Source: a virus (taxonomy: Duplodnaviria > Caudoviricetes). Taken from it: a stretch of 56,080 bases of DNA. Below the pieces are notes generated by a model. It was given only the letters and a program-made list of their open reading frames with translations, was not told the DNA's origin and did not search any database. Position 1 is the stretch's first letter. Every line of letters starts with the position of its first letter. The stretch covers positions 1-56,080 of the IMG/VR virus record IMGVR_UViG_3300032053_000093, one strand, 5' to 3'. Of the stretch, positions 16,796-25,783 are shown one piece after another. The translations under genes were made by a program, and so were the position numbers.

Positions 16796-17035
16796 ATGAA
16801 ACGCAAGACATTGGAGACGGTTAGGATCGTCGTGGCGCGGGTGATTCCGCCGCGGACGCGCCCCTGGCTGGCGGCCGCAGTGCTCGGCATGGTTCTGCTG
16901 TGCTGGTTGCTCTGGCTGTTCAGGTGGCAGTATTTTCCAGTGGGTGAAGGTCTCGGCTTGGTCCGCGTCAACCGTTACACCGGCGAGACCGAGTGGATTG
17001 ATGCTCGGCATTGGTGGCGCAGGCTCCCGAGGTGA
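16796..17035 (+). CDS. Small membrane protein (superinfection-exclusion-like position)
   Basis: GGAGG RBS, TM segment WLAAAVLGMVLLCWLLWLF, C-terminal VRVNRYTGETE. Confidence 0.65.
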   Translation: MKRKTLETVRIVVARVIPPRTRPWLAAAVLGMVLLCWLLWLFRWQYFPVGEGLGLVRVNRYTGETEWIDARHWWRRLPR

Positions 17036-17044
17036 GGCCCGGGC

Positions 17045-17072
17045 AAAAAGAAAGGGGGCCGAGTGGCCCCCT
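17045..17072 (-). terminator. Intrinsic terminator
   Basis: AGGGGGCC-loop-GGCCCCCT followed by TTCTTTTT on the minus strand, between convergent genes. Confidence 0.75.
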
Positions 17073-17096
17073 GGTGGACGGGGATTGGCGGATGAA

Positions 17097-17354
17097 TCAG
17101 ATCTCCCCCGCGCCGCGCATCTTGCCGATCCACGCATCCTCGGCGCTCTGCCGCGCCAACTCCGCCCTCTCCAACTCGTCCAGCCGGTCCACGTACAGTG
17201 GCGACGGTGACGCCCGTCCCGACTCCCACCGGCTCACGGCCTGATTCGTCATCGTCCGGCTCAGCCTCGCCGCGAACTGGCCCTGGGTGAGATCCAGCCG
17301 CTCGCGCAGGGCCAGGATTCGGGCTGCGGTCCATTTCGTTTTTCGCTTTTTCAT
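17097..17354 (-). CDS. XRE-family HTH regulator
   Basis: ILALRERLDLTQGQFAARL...NQAVSRWESGRASPS; AGGAGGAG RBS. Confidence 0.85.
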   Translation of the reverse strand: MKKRKTKWTAARILALRERLDLTQGQFAARLSRTMTNQAVSRWESGRASPSPLYVDRLDELERAELARQSAEDAWIGKMRGAGEI

Positions 17355-17366
17355 TTCGGCTCCTCC

Positions 17367-17673
17367 TGTTTCCGCCGCTCTCGCGGCCCTTCTCGCGGCC
17401 CGGGACCTCGCCCTATCGCCCATTCCCCCAGCGATCCCGCCCGAACTCAGATGGCGTCGCCTTAACCAGGACGAGATGTTTCTTATAGTCGAGCTCTAGG
17501 ATACGCTTGAGAGCCAGTGCCTCAGCGTAGCCCACCACACAGCCATACTCCTGCGGGGGATCGTCCGGCGAGTACTCCCGCCTGTCTCTGATATAGTACG
17601 TCCCTTTCATCATGTTTCACCGCCTTTCCTCTCTGTGTTTCCGCCGCTCGCGCGGCCCTTCTCGCGGCCCAGG
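17367..17673. repeat. ~35-bp direct repeat upstream of consecutive small genes
   Basis: tgtttccgccgctc(t/g)cgcggcccttctcgcggccc at 17367 and 17636. Confidence 0.85.
17413..17613 (-). CDS. Hypothetical protein
   Basis: 66 aa, RBS AAAGG, flanked by the direct repeat. Confidence 0.55.
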   Translation of the reverse strand: MMKGTYYIRDRREYSPDDPPQEYGCVVGYAEALALKRILELDYKKHLVLVKATPSEFGRDRWGNGR

Positions 17674-17691
17674 TCCAGCGCCCTGAGCCGG

Positions 17692-17722
17692 AAGAAAGGC
17701 CGGGGCCACAACGGCCCCGGCG
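17692..17722 (-). terminator. Probable intrinsic terminator/hairpin
   Basis: GCCGGGGCC/GGCCCCGGC stem then CTTTCTT on the minus strand. Confidence 0.55.
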
Positions 17723-17728
17723 AAAACC

Positions 17729-17920
17729 TCACGAGTAAAACCCACTGGCGTCCCGCTCGTACCCCTCCATCGGGACAGGTCGTATCCGCTTGGCCCTCGG
17801 AGATGGCCGCCAGTCGGGAATCAGCCCCCGCTCAAACGCATCCACCAGCGTCCGCTCCCGGTCCTCCAGGAGCGCCTCCAGATGATCAATAGTTTGGGCC
17901 TCAGTTGTCTGCGATTTCAT
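17729..17920 (-). CDS. Hypothetical protein
   Basis: 63 aa, purine-rich RBS, directly after the promoter. Confidence 0.6.
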   Translation of the reverse strand: MKSQTTEAQTIDHLEALLEDRERTLVDAFERGLIPDWRPSPRAKRIRPVPMEGYERDASGFYS

Positions 17921-17974
17921 TTTCGTGCCCTTCCTTTCCTTGCGCTCGGGGTCTCTTCCCCCTCAACTATCCCC

Positions 17975-18003
17975 ACTCTATCAGCCTGTTAATCGCTTGT
18001 CAA
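17975..18003 (-). promoter_or_regulatory. sigma70-type promoter
   Basis: TTGACA-17bp-TAGAGT on the minus strand with an A-tract UP element upstream. Confidence 0.65.
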
Positions 18004-18185
18004 GCTCTTTTTTTTAATTTATTCAACTATTTACTTCAAGTGCTGATTTCATTCGACTTAACCCTGTGCGATATCGCCCCACTTTGGCATTGACAGCCCA
18101 ATACAGGCGGTGCAATGGTGGGGGGGTGCCGCCGCTGCGGGTTGTGGGCGGGCGGCGCAGAGATGGACAGAGAGGATCAGTAGCA

Positions 18186-18482
18186 ATGCCAGAGACGCAA
18201 GACTTACTCGCCAGTTTCTTTCCACAACAACCACAGACGTTTTCCACACATTCAATCAGCACGGCCGCCGCGCTCATGGCCGTCGGCATCCCGCTCCTGC
18301 GCGTCGAGGGTGACCGCGCCTATGCTGGCACTTTCGTCCTTCGCAACAACAACGGCGAGGCAACGCTCGCCGAGGCCGACCACATTGCCGGATGGCTCAT
18401 GGTTTCGACACGCGACTACCAAGCCGCCAACAATCACGCCAGAAACGCGCTTATGAAATTCAAGGAGGGATTTCAACGATGA
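18186..18482 (+). CDS. DUF5659-like small protein
   Basis: FSTHSISTAAALMAVG..L.RV...TFV...G.LMV...Y pattern; GAGG RBS; ATGA coupling to HNH. Confidence 0.5.
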   Translation: MPETQDLLASFFPQQPQTFSTHSISTAAALMAVGIPLLRVEGDRAYAGTFVLRNNNGEATLAEADHIAGWLMVSTRDYQAANNHARNALMKFKEGFQR

Positions 18483-18961
18483 CTGACACCATAACGCTGC
18501 GCCCGAACGATTCACCCTGTCGTTACTGTAAGGAGTCCACTCGCGGTTGCGTGGACACGGTTAATGGCCAAGACACTGTTCGCTGTCAAGTGTGCGGGAA
18601 ATGGCTCTACAATGCTCCCAAAACAGAGACTGGACGGGAAACACGACCCGTTACAGATAACCGCCATGTATCCACTTCTCGCCGCGAACGAATCTTAGAG
18701 CGCGATGGAGGCCGATGCGTACTGTGCGGCGCGACAGTGGATTTGCATGTTGACCATATTCTCCCTCTGAAAATGTGGAAGGGGCGAATAGACGAATCCC
18801 GTCTGAACAGCGACGATAACTTGTGGACGCTGTGCAATGCCTGCAATCTCGGCAAGGGCAAATTGCATCTTCCCCCCTTGTGGTTGGTTGCGGCTCTCCT
18901 GTCTCGAAAAACAAAGGAGCCTGCGAATGTTGCAACCCGATCAGCTGAACAAGTGTTTTGA
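18479..18961 (+). CDS. HNH endonuclease with N-terminal Zn ribbon
   Basis: ILERDGGRCVLCG...LHVDHILP...NLWTLCNACNLGK. Confidence 0.9.
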   Translation: MTDTITLRPNDSPCRYCKESTRGCVDTVNGQDTVRCQVCGKWLYNAPKTETGRETRPVTDNRHVSTSRRERILERDGGRCVLCGATVDLHVDHILPLKMWKGRIDESRLNSDDNLWTLCNACNLGKGKLHLPPLWLVAALLSRKTKEPANVATRSAEQVF

Positions 18962-21137
18962 TCTCGGATGGTCCTTCTGTTGCCTCAAGGGGAAAATCCC
19001 CGTGCAGGCGAAATGGCAGTCCGCGCCACGAGCAGACCTCGCCACAATTCAGCGCTGGCTCCGAAACGGGCACAACCTGGGCCTGCGCACCGGCCAGATA
19101 TCCGGCGGCGTCGTGGCTGTGGATATTGACAACGGCGCGGATGTCACCGGCCTGGACCTCCCCGATACCGTCCAAGTCCGCACCGGATCAGGCGGGACAC
19201 ACCTCTATTATCTGAGCGACGTGCCTCTCCGAAACAGTGTCGGCAAGATCGCCCCGCACGTGGACTTTCGCGGAGACGGCGGCCAAGTGGTTTTCCCCGG
19301 CAGCGTCCATCCCGACACTCTCCAAAAATACGAATTTACCCGCTCCCCTTGGGAAATTCCCGTTGCCCCGCTCCCCGCCTGGATTAAAGACACCCTGACC
19401 GCCCCCCGCCCTACCCATCCTCCCCCCCCCATTGCTACGCCCGCCCCAAAACCCACAAATGGCATAACCCCGTATGCCGCCGCTGCCCTGGCCGGCGAGA
19501 GTGCGACTGTGGCCGCCGCGCAACCCGGAAGCCGCAACCACACCCTCTACACCGCCGCCCTCAAACTCGGCGGGCTGGTAGCCGCTGGCGCACTCCCCGA
19601 AAATGACGTCAAGGTTGTCCTTGCGACCGCCGCTATATCCGCTGGCCTGCCTGAAGATGAAGCCCTGAAAACCCTGTCGTCCGGCCTGGCCGCTGGCATG
19701 ACAACACCTCGCGTTCTGCCAGAACCCACACACAAGCCCGCCCCCCCAGATGCCCCGCCGCCAGACCAATCATCAGAGCCGGAGGCCAGCGCCGCGCCAG
19801 AAAACGCCCGTCATTGCACCGACATTGGAAATGCGGAGAGATTCGCCGCCCGCAATATCGGCAAAATCCTATTCGACTGCGCCCTCCAGGGCTGGCGCGT
19901 CTGGAATGGCCGTGCCTGGGCCGCCGATAACACCGGAGCCGTAACGCGCCTTGCCGTCGCCACCGCCCGCTCAATCCGTGGCGAAGCAATGGAGGCCACT
20001 GACAAAGACCAAGCCGACTCGTTGTGGAAATGGGCGCACCGCTCGGAATCCCGCGAGCGCCTATCCGCCATGATGGACCTCGCTCGCGCTATTCATCCGA
20101 TGGCAACGCCAGGGCCGCGCTTCGATGCCGATCCTTGGCTCTTTAATTGCGCGAACGGAACATTGGACCTCCGCACCGGCAAACTTCGCACCTTCTCCCC
20201 CACCGACCTTATCACCCGCCAGTCTCCTATTGCATTCGACCCAGTGGCGCGACATGAGCTTTTCGACCGCGTGCTCACCGAGGCCCTTCCCGACCCAGAC
20301 CTCCGCACATATCTCCAACTCGCCGCCGGATATTCCCTCTGCGGCTCTACTCGTGAAGAAGTCATGTTCTTCATCTATGGCCCTGAAGCAAGCGCGAAAT
20401 CCACCTTTACCGAAGCCCTCTCTCATGTTCTGGGCGGGTACAGCACGACCGCCGACCCAGAGACGTTCCTCAAAAAACAAGGAGACGCCGGTGTTCGCCA
20501 AGATATTGCCCGCCTCGCCGGCCTGCGCCTCGTGCTCACGTCCGAGGTGGACGCCGGGAAACAGTTTGCCGAGGGCCTCGTTAAGCGCATCACCGGCGGC
20601 GATGTCATGGTGGCCCGATATCTCTACGGCAAGGAGTTCTGTTTCCGCCCCCAGTTCAAGTTATGGCTCGTAGCCAACCACCAGCCCCGAGCCGACGCCC
20701 AGGACGGCGCACTCTGGCGCCGCATCCGCGTCTTACCTTTCGATCGCAGCATTCCAAAGGAGCAACGCGATCCCACTGTCAAGCAAACCATGTTGACAGA
20801 GTGTGGCCCCGCGCTTCTCGCTTGGGCTGTCCAAGGCTGTCTTTTGTGGCAAAAAAACGGCCTCCGTGACGCCCCAAGGGTGGCAAACGCAACTGAGCAA
20901 TATCGTGCTGACCAAGACCCGCTTTCCGGCTTCTTTTCAGACCGATGCCATTTCATACCCACCGCCTGGACCATGAGCAAGGACATTTTCAATGCCTACC
21001 ATGCGTGGGCGGCTGAAAATGGCGTTTCCACGCGCTTCCAGGTATCCCCAAAACGCCTCGCAGAAGCCTTAAAACAAAGAGGATGCCTGTCTCAGCACTT
21101 CCGAGATGGATTCGCATGGAGCGGCATTTCCCTCTAA
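18927..21137 (+). CDS. Bifunctional Prim-Pol primase fused to D5_N/SF3 helicase (P4-type)
   Basis: NLGLRTG...VAVDID, TGSGGTHLYY, DFRGDGGQV; TDIGNAERF; Walker A GPEASAKST; VKRITGGD; ALWRRIRVLPF. Confidence 0.92.
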   Translation: MLQPDQLNKCFDLGWSFCCLKGKIPVQAKWQSAPRADLATIQRWLRNGHNLGLRTGQISGGVVAVDIDNGADVTGLDLPDTVQVRTGSGGTHLYYLSDVPLRNSVGKIAPHVDFRGDGGQVVFPGSVHPDTLQKYEFTRSPWEIPVAPLPAWIKDTLTAPRPTHPPPPIATPAPKPTNGITPYAAAALAGESATVAAAQPGSRNHTLYTAALKLGGLVAAGALPENDVKVVLATAAISAGLPEDEALKTLSSGLAAGMTTPRVLPEPTHKPAPPDAPPPDQSSEPEASAAPENARHCTDIGNAERFAARNIGKILFDCALQGWRVWNGRAWAADNTGAVTRLAVATARSIRGEAMEATDKDQADSLWKWAHRSESRERLSAMMDLARAIHPMATPGPRFDADPWLFNCANGTLDLRTGKLRTFSPTDLITRQSPIAFDPVARHELFDRVLTEALPDPDLRTYLQLAAGYSLCGSTREEVMFFIYGPEASAKSTFTEALSHVLGGYSTTADPETFLKKQGDAGVRQDIARLAGLRLVLTSEVDAGKQFAEGLVKRITGGDVMVARYLYGKEFCFRPQFKLWLVANHQPRADAQDGALWRRIRVLPFDRSIPKEQRDPTVKQTMLTECGPALLAWAVQGCLLWQKNGLRDAPRVANATEQYRADQDPLSGFFSDRCHFIPTAWTMSKDIFNAYHAWAAENGVSTRFQVSPKRLAEALKQRGCLSQHFRDGFAWSGISL

Positions 21138-21143
21138 ATATCA

Positions 21144-21324
21144 ATCCATCACATCCATCACGCACTCCCTGCCTTGTAAGTCCCTGTATCCTCAACAACG
21201 GTGATGGATGTGATGCTTGTGATGCCACTTCCGGTAACTTCCCTCTATGAGAGATACAGCCAGGAAGTTACTGGAAATCCCATCACATCCATCATATCCA
21301 TCACAATTAGGAATCATTCCTAAT
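21144..21324. repeat. Iteron cluster, candidate replication origin
   Basis: About eight copies of ATCCATCAC-like 9-mer in three blocks of alternating orientation, plus inverted repeats TTCCGGTAACTTCC/GGAAGTTACTGGAA and ATTAGGAAT/ATTCCTAAT, right after the primase stop. Confidence 0.7.
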
Positions 21325-21534
21325 AAGGGAAAAGACGAAGAAAAGGCGAAACCGCTGCCCCGAAATCACCAAAACGAAACCCCCAAAAACCACCCCACAA
21401 AATCAACTGTCTCTTTTGCTTAATGAGACACCTACGCTTCCCCCCCCCCTTTTTCCTTGTCGTGCCCCCTTGTGTGTCCCCTTAATTATTTTTAGCCCCC
21501 TGAAAGATTCTGGCGAATTCCGCCAACTTTTCGC

Positions 21535-21564
21535 TTGACACGCCAAAGGTTGGCATGATATTTT
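21535..21564 (+). promoter_or_regulatory. Probable promoter for the terS/late operon
   Basis: TTGACA...TGATATTTT just upstream of the terS ATG. Confidence 0.5.
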
Positions 21565-21571
21565 CTCGGAC

Positions 21572-22240
21572 ATGGCTACCGACACAGCACAGCACAGCAC
21601 AGTTACCGACACAGTACAGCACAGTACAGCTCTCGCGTTCGCATTTCCGCCGCCACAGGCGAAGGCGTGGGAGTCGTTCTGCCGCGCTCGTGTCGCTGGC
21701 AAAACCCAACGGGATGCCTGGATCGCTGCGTATCCTGATCGCGCTGACGGGTTGCCGTTCACGACGCAGCGGCAAAACGGCTCAGACTTGGATCGGCGGC
21801 CAGAGATTCGCGCCCGCATTGCTGAGATACAGGCTGAGGCGATGGCTGACGCCAAGCACGACGGGGCTGATCTGGTGCGCTCGTTGGCAACCGAGATCGC
21901 CGATGCACGCACGATTGAGGATGCGGCCGCGGTCAAGCAACGCCTGGACGCCCTGGAGGATGACGCCCGCGACGCCGGGGTTAACGGCCTCCAGGTCCGT
22001 GCCTCCGTTTGCATGTGCCGGGTCAAACTCATCGAGGTCCTGGGCCGGATCAGGTTGCAGGCCCTGGGACATCTCACGCGGTACGCCTCTCGCGCTCGGT
22101 TCACGGGGCGAGACGACGCCCCGGTCCGGGTGCAGATCAACTTCGGCGGGGCGGGGCCGGACTCGGTACAGGTTCGGGGTGGCGGCCAAGCCGGCGAGCC
22201 TGCCGAGGCCGAGGAGGTGATGCCAGATGCAGGCGAGTGA
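21572..22240 (+). CDS. Terminase small subunit
   Basis: ESFCRARVAGKTQRDAWIAAY...PEIRARIAEIQ HTH pattern typical of TerS; upstream of TerL. Confidence 0.7.
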   Translation: MATDTAQHSTVTDTVQHSTALAFAFPPPQAKAWESFCRARVAGKTQRDAWIAAYPDRADGLPFTTQRQNGSDLDRRPEIRARIAEIQAEAMADAKHDGADLVRSLATEIADARTIEDAAAVKQRLDALEDDARDAGVNGLQVRASVCMCRVKLIEVLGRIRLQALGHLTRYASRARFTGRDDAPVRVQINFGGAGPDSVQVRGGGQAGEPAEAEEVMPDAGE

Positions 22241-22698
22241 CAGCAAGGGGTGCCAAAAGGGGTGCCAAAGCAGTGTAAGTCCAATGATTACAATGGATGA
22301 TTCCGCCCTACTAAGGCGGCGTCAGGGGTTTCGGGGCGTTTTGGCTGCGCTTGGGGTAGGGGTGTGGAGGCTGGTGGTGATGCGCCGGCCTGCCCCGTGC
22401 CATGCCGGGGGCGGGCGACCGGGACTACCTTCCGGATGGCGGCCGCGACGGGGCGATACGTATCTCCCCCTCAAAAATCCTGGTGCATTTTCCATGCGCG
22501 GGATTTCGGTTTTGGGGGTTGGGCGGGGTTCTGGGATGGGGCTGTGGCTTCACTGCGGGCTGGTGGCGGCGTTTTATGGGGTATTGGTGTCACAATATGC
22601 GGGTTTGCCTGGTGGCGGGGCTGTAGGGGGCTGTATTGGGTTTCTTGATGGCGGTCAAGGATGCACAAGAATTGGGCGGTTTTAGGAGAGGGTATTAG

Positions 22699-24330
22699 AT
22701 GTCACTTTACAAGCCGGGGAGTCCGTTGGAGTACGATGTTCGGGTGACGGCTGCGACGATGGCGGCATTTCATCGGAGCAACGCGGGGATGCGTGTGGCA
22801 TTGGGGCCTTATGGGAGCGGGAAGAGTGTTGGGATGTGCATGGAGATATTCGTTCGGGCGTCGCAGCAGCGGGCGGGGGGGGATGGGGTGCGTCGTTCTC
22901 GGTGGGCGGTGGTGCGGAACACGTATTCGCAGTTGCGGACGACGACGGTGAAGACGTGGCGGGAGTGCATACCGACGAGTTGGTGCCCGATGACGTATGG
23001 GAGTCCTTTTCGAGGGGTGCTTCAGTTGCCATTGGATGATGGGACGCGGATCGAGTGCGAGGTGCTTTTCTTCTCGATGGATCGGGAGAAGGACGTGCGG
23101 AAGGTTTTGTCGTTGGAGTTGACGGGTGTTTGGGTGAATGAGGCGCGGGAGTTGCTGTTGACGTTGGTTCACGCGCTGGCGGGGCGGTGTGGGCGTTATC
23201 CGGCGAAGGATGATGGTGGGCCGTCGTGGACGGGTGTGATAATGGACACGAACATGCCGGATGACGAGCATTGGTTGTATCGGTTCGCGGAGAAGGGGGC
23301 ATGGCGGACGGAGTTCACGGAGTTACAGAACAACCCGGCATGGATGCGGGAGCAGTTGCTGGTTTACCTGGGGGGCGGGAAAGATGCGGAGGTGATAGCG
23401 GATCGGACGATTGCGCAGTTGGCGGACACGACGATTGACGAGGGATTTCGGGCAGAACAACATGAGTGGAAGTTTTGGCGGCAGCCGGGGGGGTTGGTGC
23501 GGTCGCCGGACGGGAAAGGGTATTTGCCGAATCCGGCGGCGGAGAACATTCAGCATTTGTCGGAGGGGTATGGGTATTACCTGAAAAAGTTGGCGGGTCG
23601 GTCGCTCGAATACATCAAGACGAACTACTTGGCGGAGTACGGGAGCACGTTCGAGGGGCGGCCCGTGTATGAGCCGTACTGGAACGAGGCGCGGCACGTT
23701 TCTAAGGCGCCGATTGAGATTGTGCGGGAGTTGCCGTTTTATCTTTTTTGGGACTTTGCGCTTCATCCGGCTTGTGTGGTGGCGCAGTTGCTTCCGACGG
23801 GGCAGTTGCGGGTGCTGCGGGAGTTGTGGCATGAACATGCGGGAGTGAAGCAGTTTGCGCAGGAGATGGTGATGCCGATGCTCGCGGCGGATTTCAGCGG
23901 GATGCGGCTTGCGGGGGCGTGGGGGGACCCAACGGGGAACACGGGTTCGCAGGCGGATATCGAGGTCAATGCCTTTGCCATGTTGGAGTCTCTGGGATTG
24001 CCGGCGTTGCCCGCGCCGACGAATCTGTTTCCGCCGCGGCGGGACGCGGTGCTGGAGTTTCTTCGGCGGGTAGGTGGATTTCTGTTGGATCTGAATTGCC
24101 GACTGTTTCGCAAGGGGTTCAACGGGGGGTATCGCTACAGTCGGATTCAGTGTGTGGGTGAGGAGCGGTTCCAGGAAAAGCCGGTGAAGGACAAACACAG
24201 TCACATTCAGGATGCTTTGCAGGCGGGGTGTTTGGGATTGCTTGGCGCGGATCGCGTGGCGCGGGAGACGGCGCGGCGGGTTGTGCCGCCGCCGTTGGAT
24301 GCGCGTTTGGTGTGGGACAGCATAACGTGA
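22699..24330 (+). CDS. terL: Terminase large subunit
   Basis: Walker A GPYGSGKS, VVRNTYSQL, Walker B LELTGVWVNE, DTNMP, nuclease WDF...GDP...SHIQDALQ. Confidence 0.95.
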   Translation: MSLYKPGSPLEYDVRVTAATMAAFHRSNAGMRVALGPYGSGKSVGMCMEIFVRASQQRAGGDGVRRSRWAVVRNTYSQLRTTTVKTWRECIPTSWCPMTYGSPFRGVLQLPLDDGTRIECEVLFFSMDREKDVRKVLSLELTGVWVNEARELLLTLVHALAGRCGRYPAKDDGGPSWTGVIMDTNMPDDEHWLYRFAEKGAWRTEFTELQNNPAWMREQLLVYLGGGKDAEVIADRTIAQLADTTIDEGFRAEQHEWKFWRQPGGLVRSPDGKGYLPNPAAENIQHLSEGYGYYLKKLAGRSLEYIKTNYLAEYGSTFEGRPVYEPYWNEARHVSKAPIEIVRELPFYLFWDFALHPACVVAQLLPTGQLRVLRELWHEHAGVKQFAQEMVMPMLAADFSGMRLAGAWGDPTGNTGSQADIEVNAFAMLESLGLPALPAPTNLFPPRRDAVLEFLRRVGGFLLDLNCRLFRKGFNGGYRYSRIQCVGEERFQEKPVKDKHSHIQDALQAGCLGLLGADRVARETARRVVPPPLDARLVWDSIT

Positions 24331-24343
24331 GAGGGGATATTCA

Positions 24344-24577
24344 ATGGATGATAAACAGTATGAAGTGGATCATCTCTGCGGTCGCTTTCTTGGTAAGGAG
24401 ATGATCGAAGCGGGTGCTCCAAGTGAGTTAGAGATTGTGCCAGAACAGGACTATTTTGTCGAGTTAATGCACTGCAATGGGCGCGTTTTCAGTTTCAAGA
24501 TGTGCCCCTGGTCAGAACGTCCAGTGAATATCATTCATTATCCACTTACTGAGAAAGTGCCCCACAGCATGACGTGA
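24344..24577 (+). CDS. Hypothetical protein
   Basis: 77 aa, lower GC, GAGG RBS. Confidence 0.5.
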   Translation: MDDKQYEVDHLCGRFLGKEMIEAGAPSELEIVPEQDYFVELMHCNGRVFSFKMCPWSERPVNIIHYPLTEKVPHSMT

Positions 24578-24595
24578 GGCGTTGGAAATCATAAG

Positions 24596-24817
24596 ATGTT
24601 GACGCGGGAAATCTGCAAGATATGCCATCAAGAAAACCCGATTGGGTTTGTTGTTCCAACCGCGTTGTGGCGTATTGTTATCCCAAAGGAACACTGGCAT
24701 CATGTGGTGTGTATCTCATGTTTTACTCGCATGGCTGACAAAAGGTTGCTGGAATGGGATGCGGACATTGTTCTTTATCCTGTCAGTGCCTATTCCCTTT
24801 ACGGATGGACCCACTAG
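24596..24817 (+). CDS. Small Zn-finger hypothetical protein
   Basis: CKIC...F.VP..LW.......VVCISCF. Confidence 0.6.
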   Translation: MLTREICKICHQENPIGFVVPTALWRIVIPKEHWHHVVCISCFTRMADKRLLEWDADIVLYPVSAYSLYGWTH

Positions 24818-24901
24818 ACAAAATAGAATGGAGGACTGAAACAGGATCGCTTGGTGGTGGCGGGTTTGACCAAATGGTGGTAAAATACACCAAGATTGTG
24901 C

Positions 24902-24930
24902 TTGACAGGGCGGGGCGGGCGTGATATGTC
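24902..24930 (+). promoter_or_regulatory. Possible sigma70-type promoter
   Basis: TTGACA-17bp-TATGTC with TG extension. Confidence 0.45.
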
Positions 24931-25192
24931 GGTAAAACAGGTGGACAATAAGCGGGGCGGCGGGACGCCGGAGACCCTATCCCCCGGCCAAGTTGTCCAT
25001 CAGTTTGTGGATGAGCTGGCGCAGCATGAATTTGGAGGGGCGATTGAAATAATCCTGCATCACGGGAAGATTCGGGGAGTATCTCATGTCCAGGTGTTTC
25101 GCAGGCCGATAGCCGAGGTGCTGAGTGAGTTGGGAGAGAATGCAAATGGTTCCTTTTCCAAATGTCTCAAGCAAAAGGACGAAAATGTATGA
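24926..25192 (+). CDS. Hypothetical (DUF2292-like) protein
   Basis: FGGAIEIILHHGKIRGV pattern; start uncertain. Confidence 0.45.
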   Translation: MSVKQVDNKRGGGTPETLSPGQVVHQFVDELAQHEFGGAIEIILHHGKIRGVSHVQVFRRPIAEVLSELGENANGSFSKCLKQKDENV

Positions 25193-25343
25193 GAAGATCA
25201 AGGCGGGTGTGTTCGCAAGGGAGCTGAAAGGCGGGGCGTCACGAATGCAGGCGCTCAAGGAAGCGAAGAGGGTGGCCGCGGCGACGGTGAACAAGAACCG
25301 CAAGCCGGGCCAGGCGCCGATCACGCACAAGAAAGGCAAATGA
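25185..25343 (+). CDS. Small basic protein
   Basis: ATG after AAGGA; MYEKIK...AKRVAAATVNK. Confidence 0.55.
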   Translation: MYEKIKAGVFARELKGGASRMQALKEAKRVAAATVNKNRKPGQAPITHKKGK

Positions 25344-25591
25344 CTATGGCTAAGAATACGCATAAGGTCAACAAGAAGAACTGGGAGGCGTGGGGTAAGG
25401 AAGGGCAGGCGGTGTTCAATCGCCTCTGGTACAGATTGAGTCCTGAGATACTTCCGACTGAACGGAAAAATCCGGTAGTCCGAATGAAGATGACTCAAAA
25501 AGAGTTCAATGTTCTGCGGTGGAATGTGTGTTGGACGGCTGCGGACATGGTAAGAGATTTCAGTGAATCCGCTCTGGACAGTGAACAGTGA
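25340..25591 (+). CDS. Hypothetical protein
   Basis: 83 aa, ATGA overlap. Confidence 0.6.
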   Translation: MTMAKNTHKVNKKNWEAWGKEGQAVFNRLWYRLSPEILPTERKNPVVRMKMTQKEFNVLRWNVCWTAADMVRDFSESALDSEQ

Positions 25592-25783
25592 CCAGTAGGC
25601 TGTGAGGCGGGAAAGGGGAAGAATTGGGCGGCGGCGTGGTAGCGCCGGGGTAAGGTGCGTTCCTATGGGGAGCAAAGTGACGAAACTACTCTACTTGACG
25701 GGCGCGTGATGATCCATAGGAGATACCGATGATAGGAGCCAAGTGGGGAATCTGGCCCGCCCAATAAAGCGCGGAAGGGGAAA

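Noticed and set aside
22227-22685. 152-aa ORF between terS and terL
   Set aside because: Gly-rich product of G-skewed DNA with no RBS or motif; more likely a non-coding packaging region
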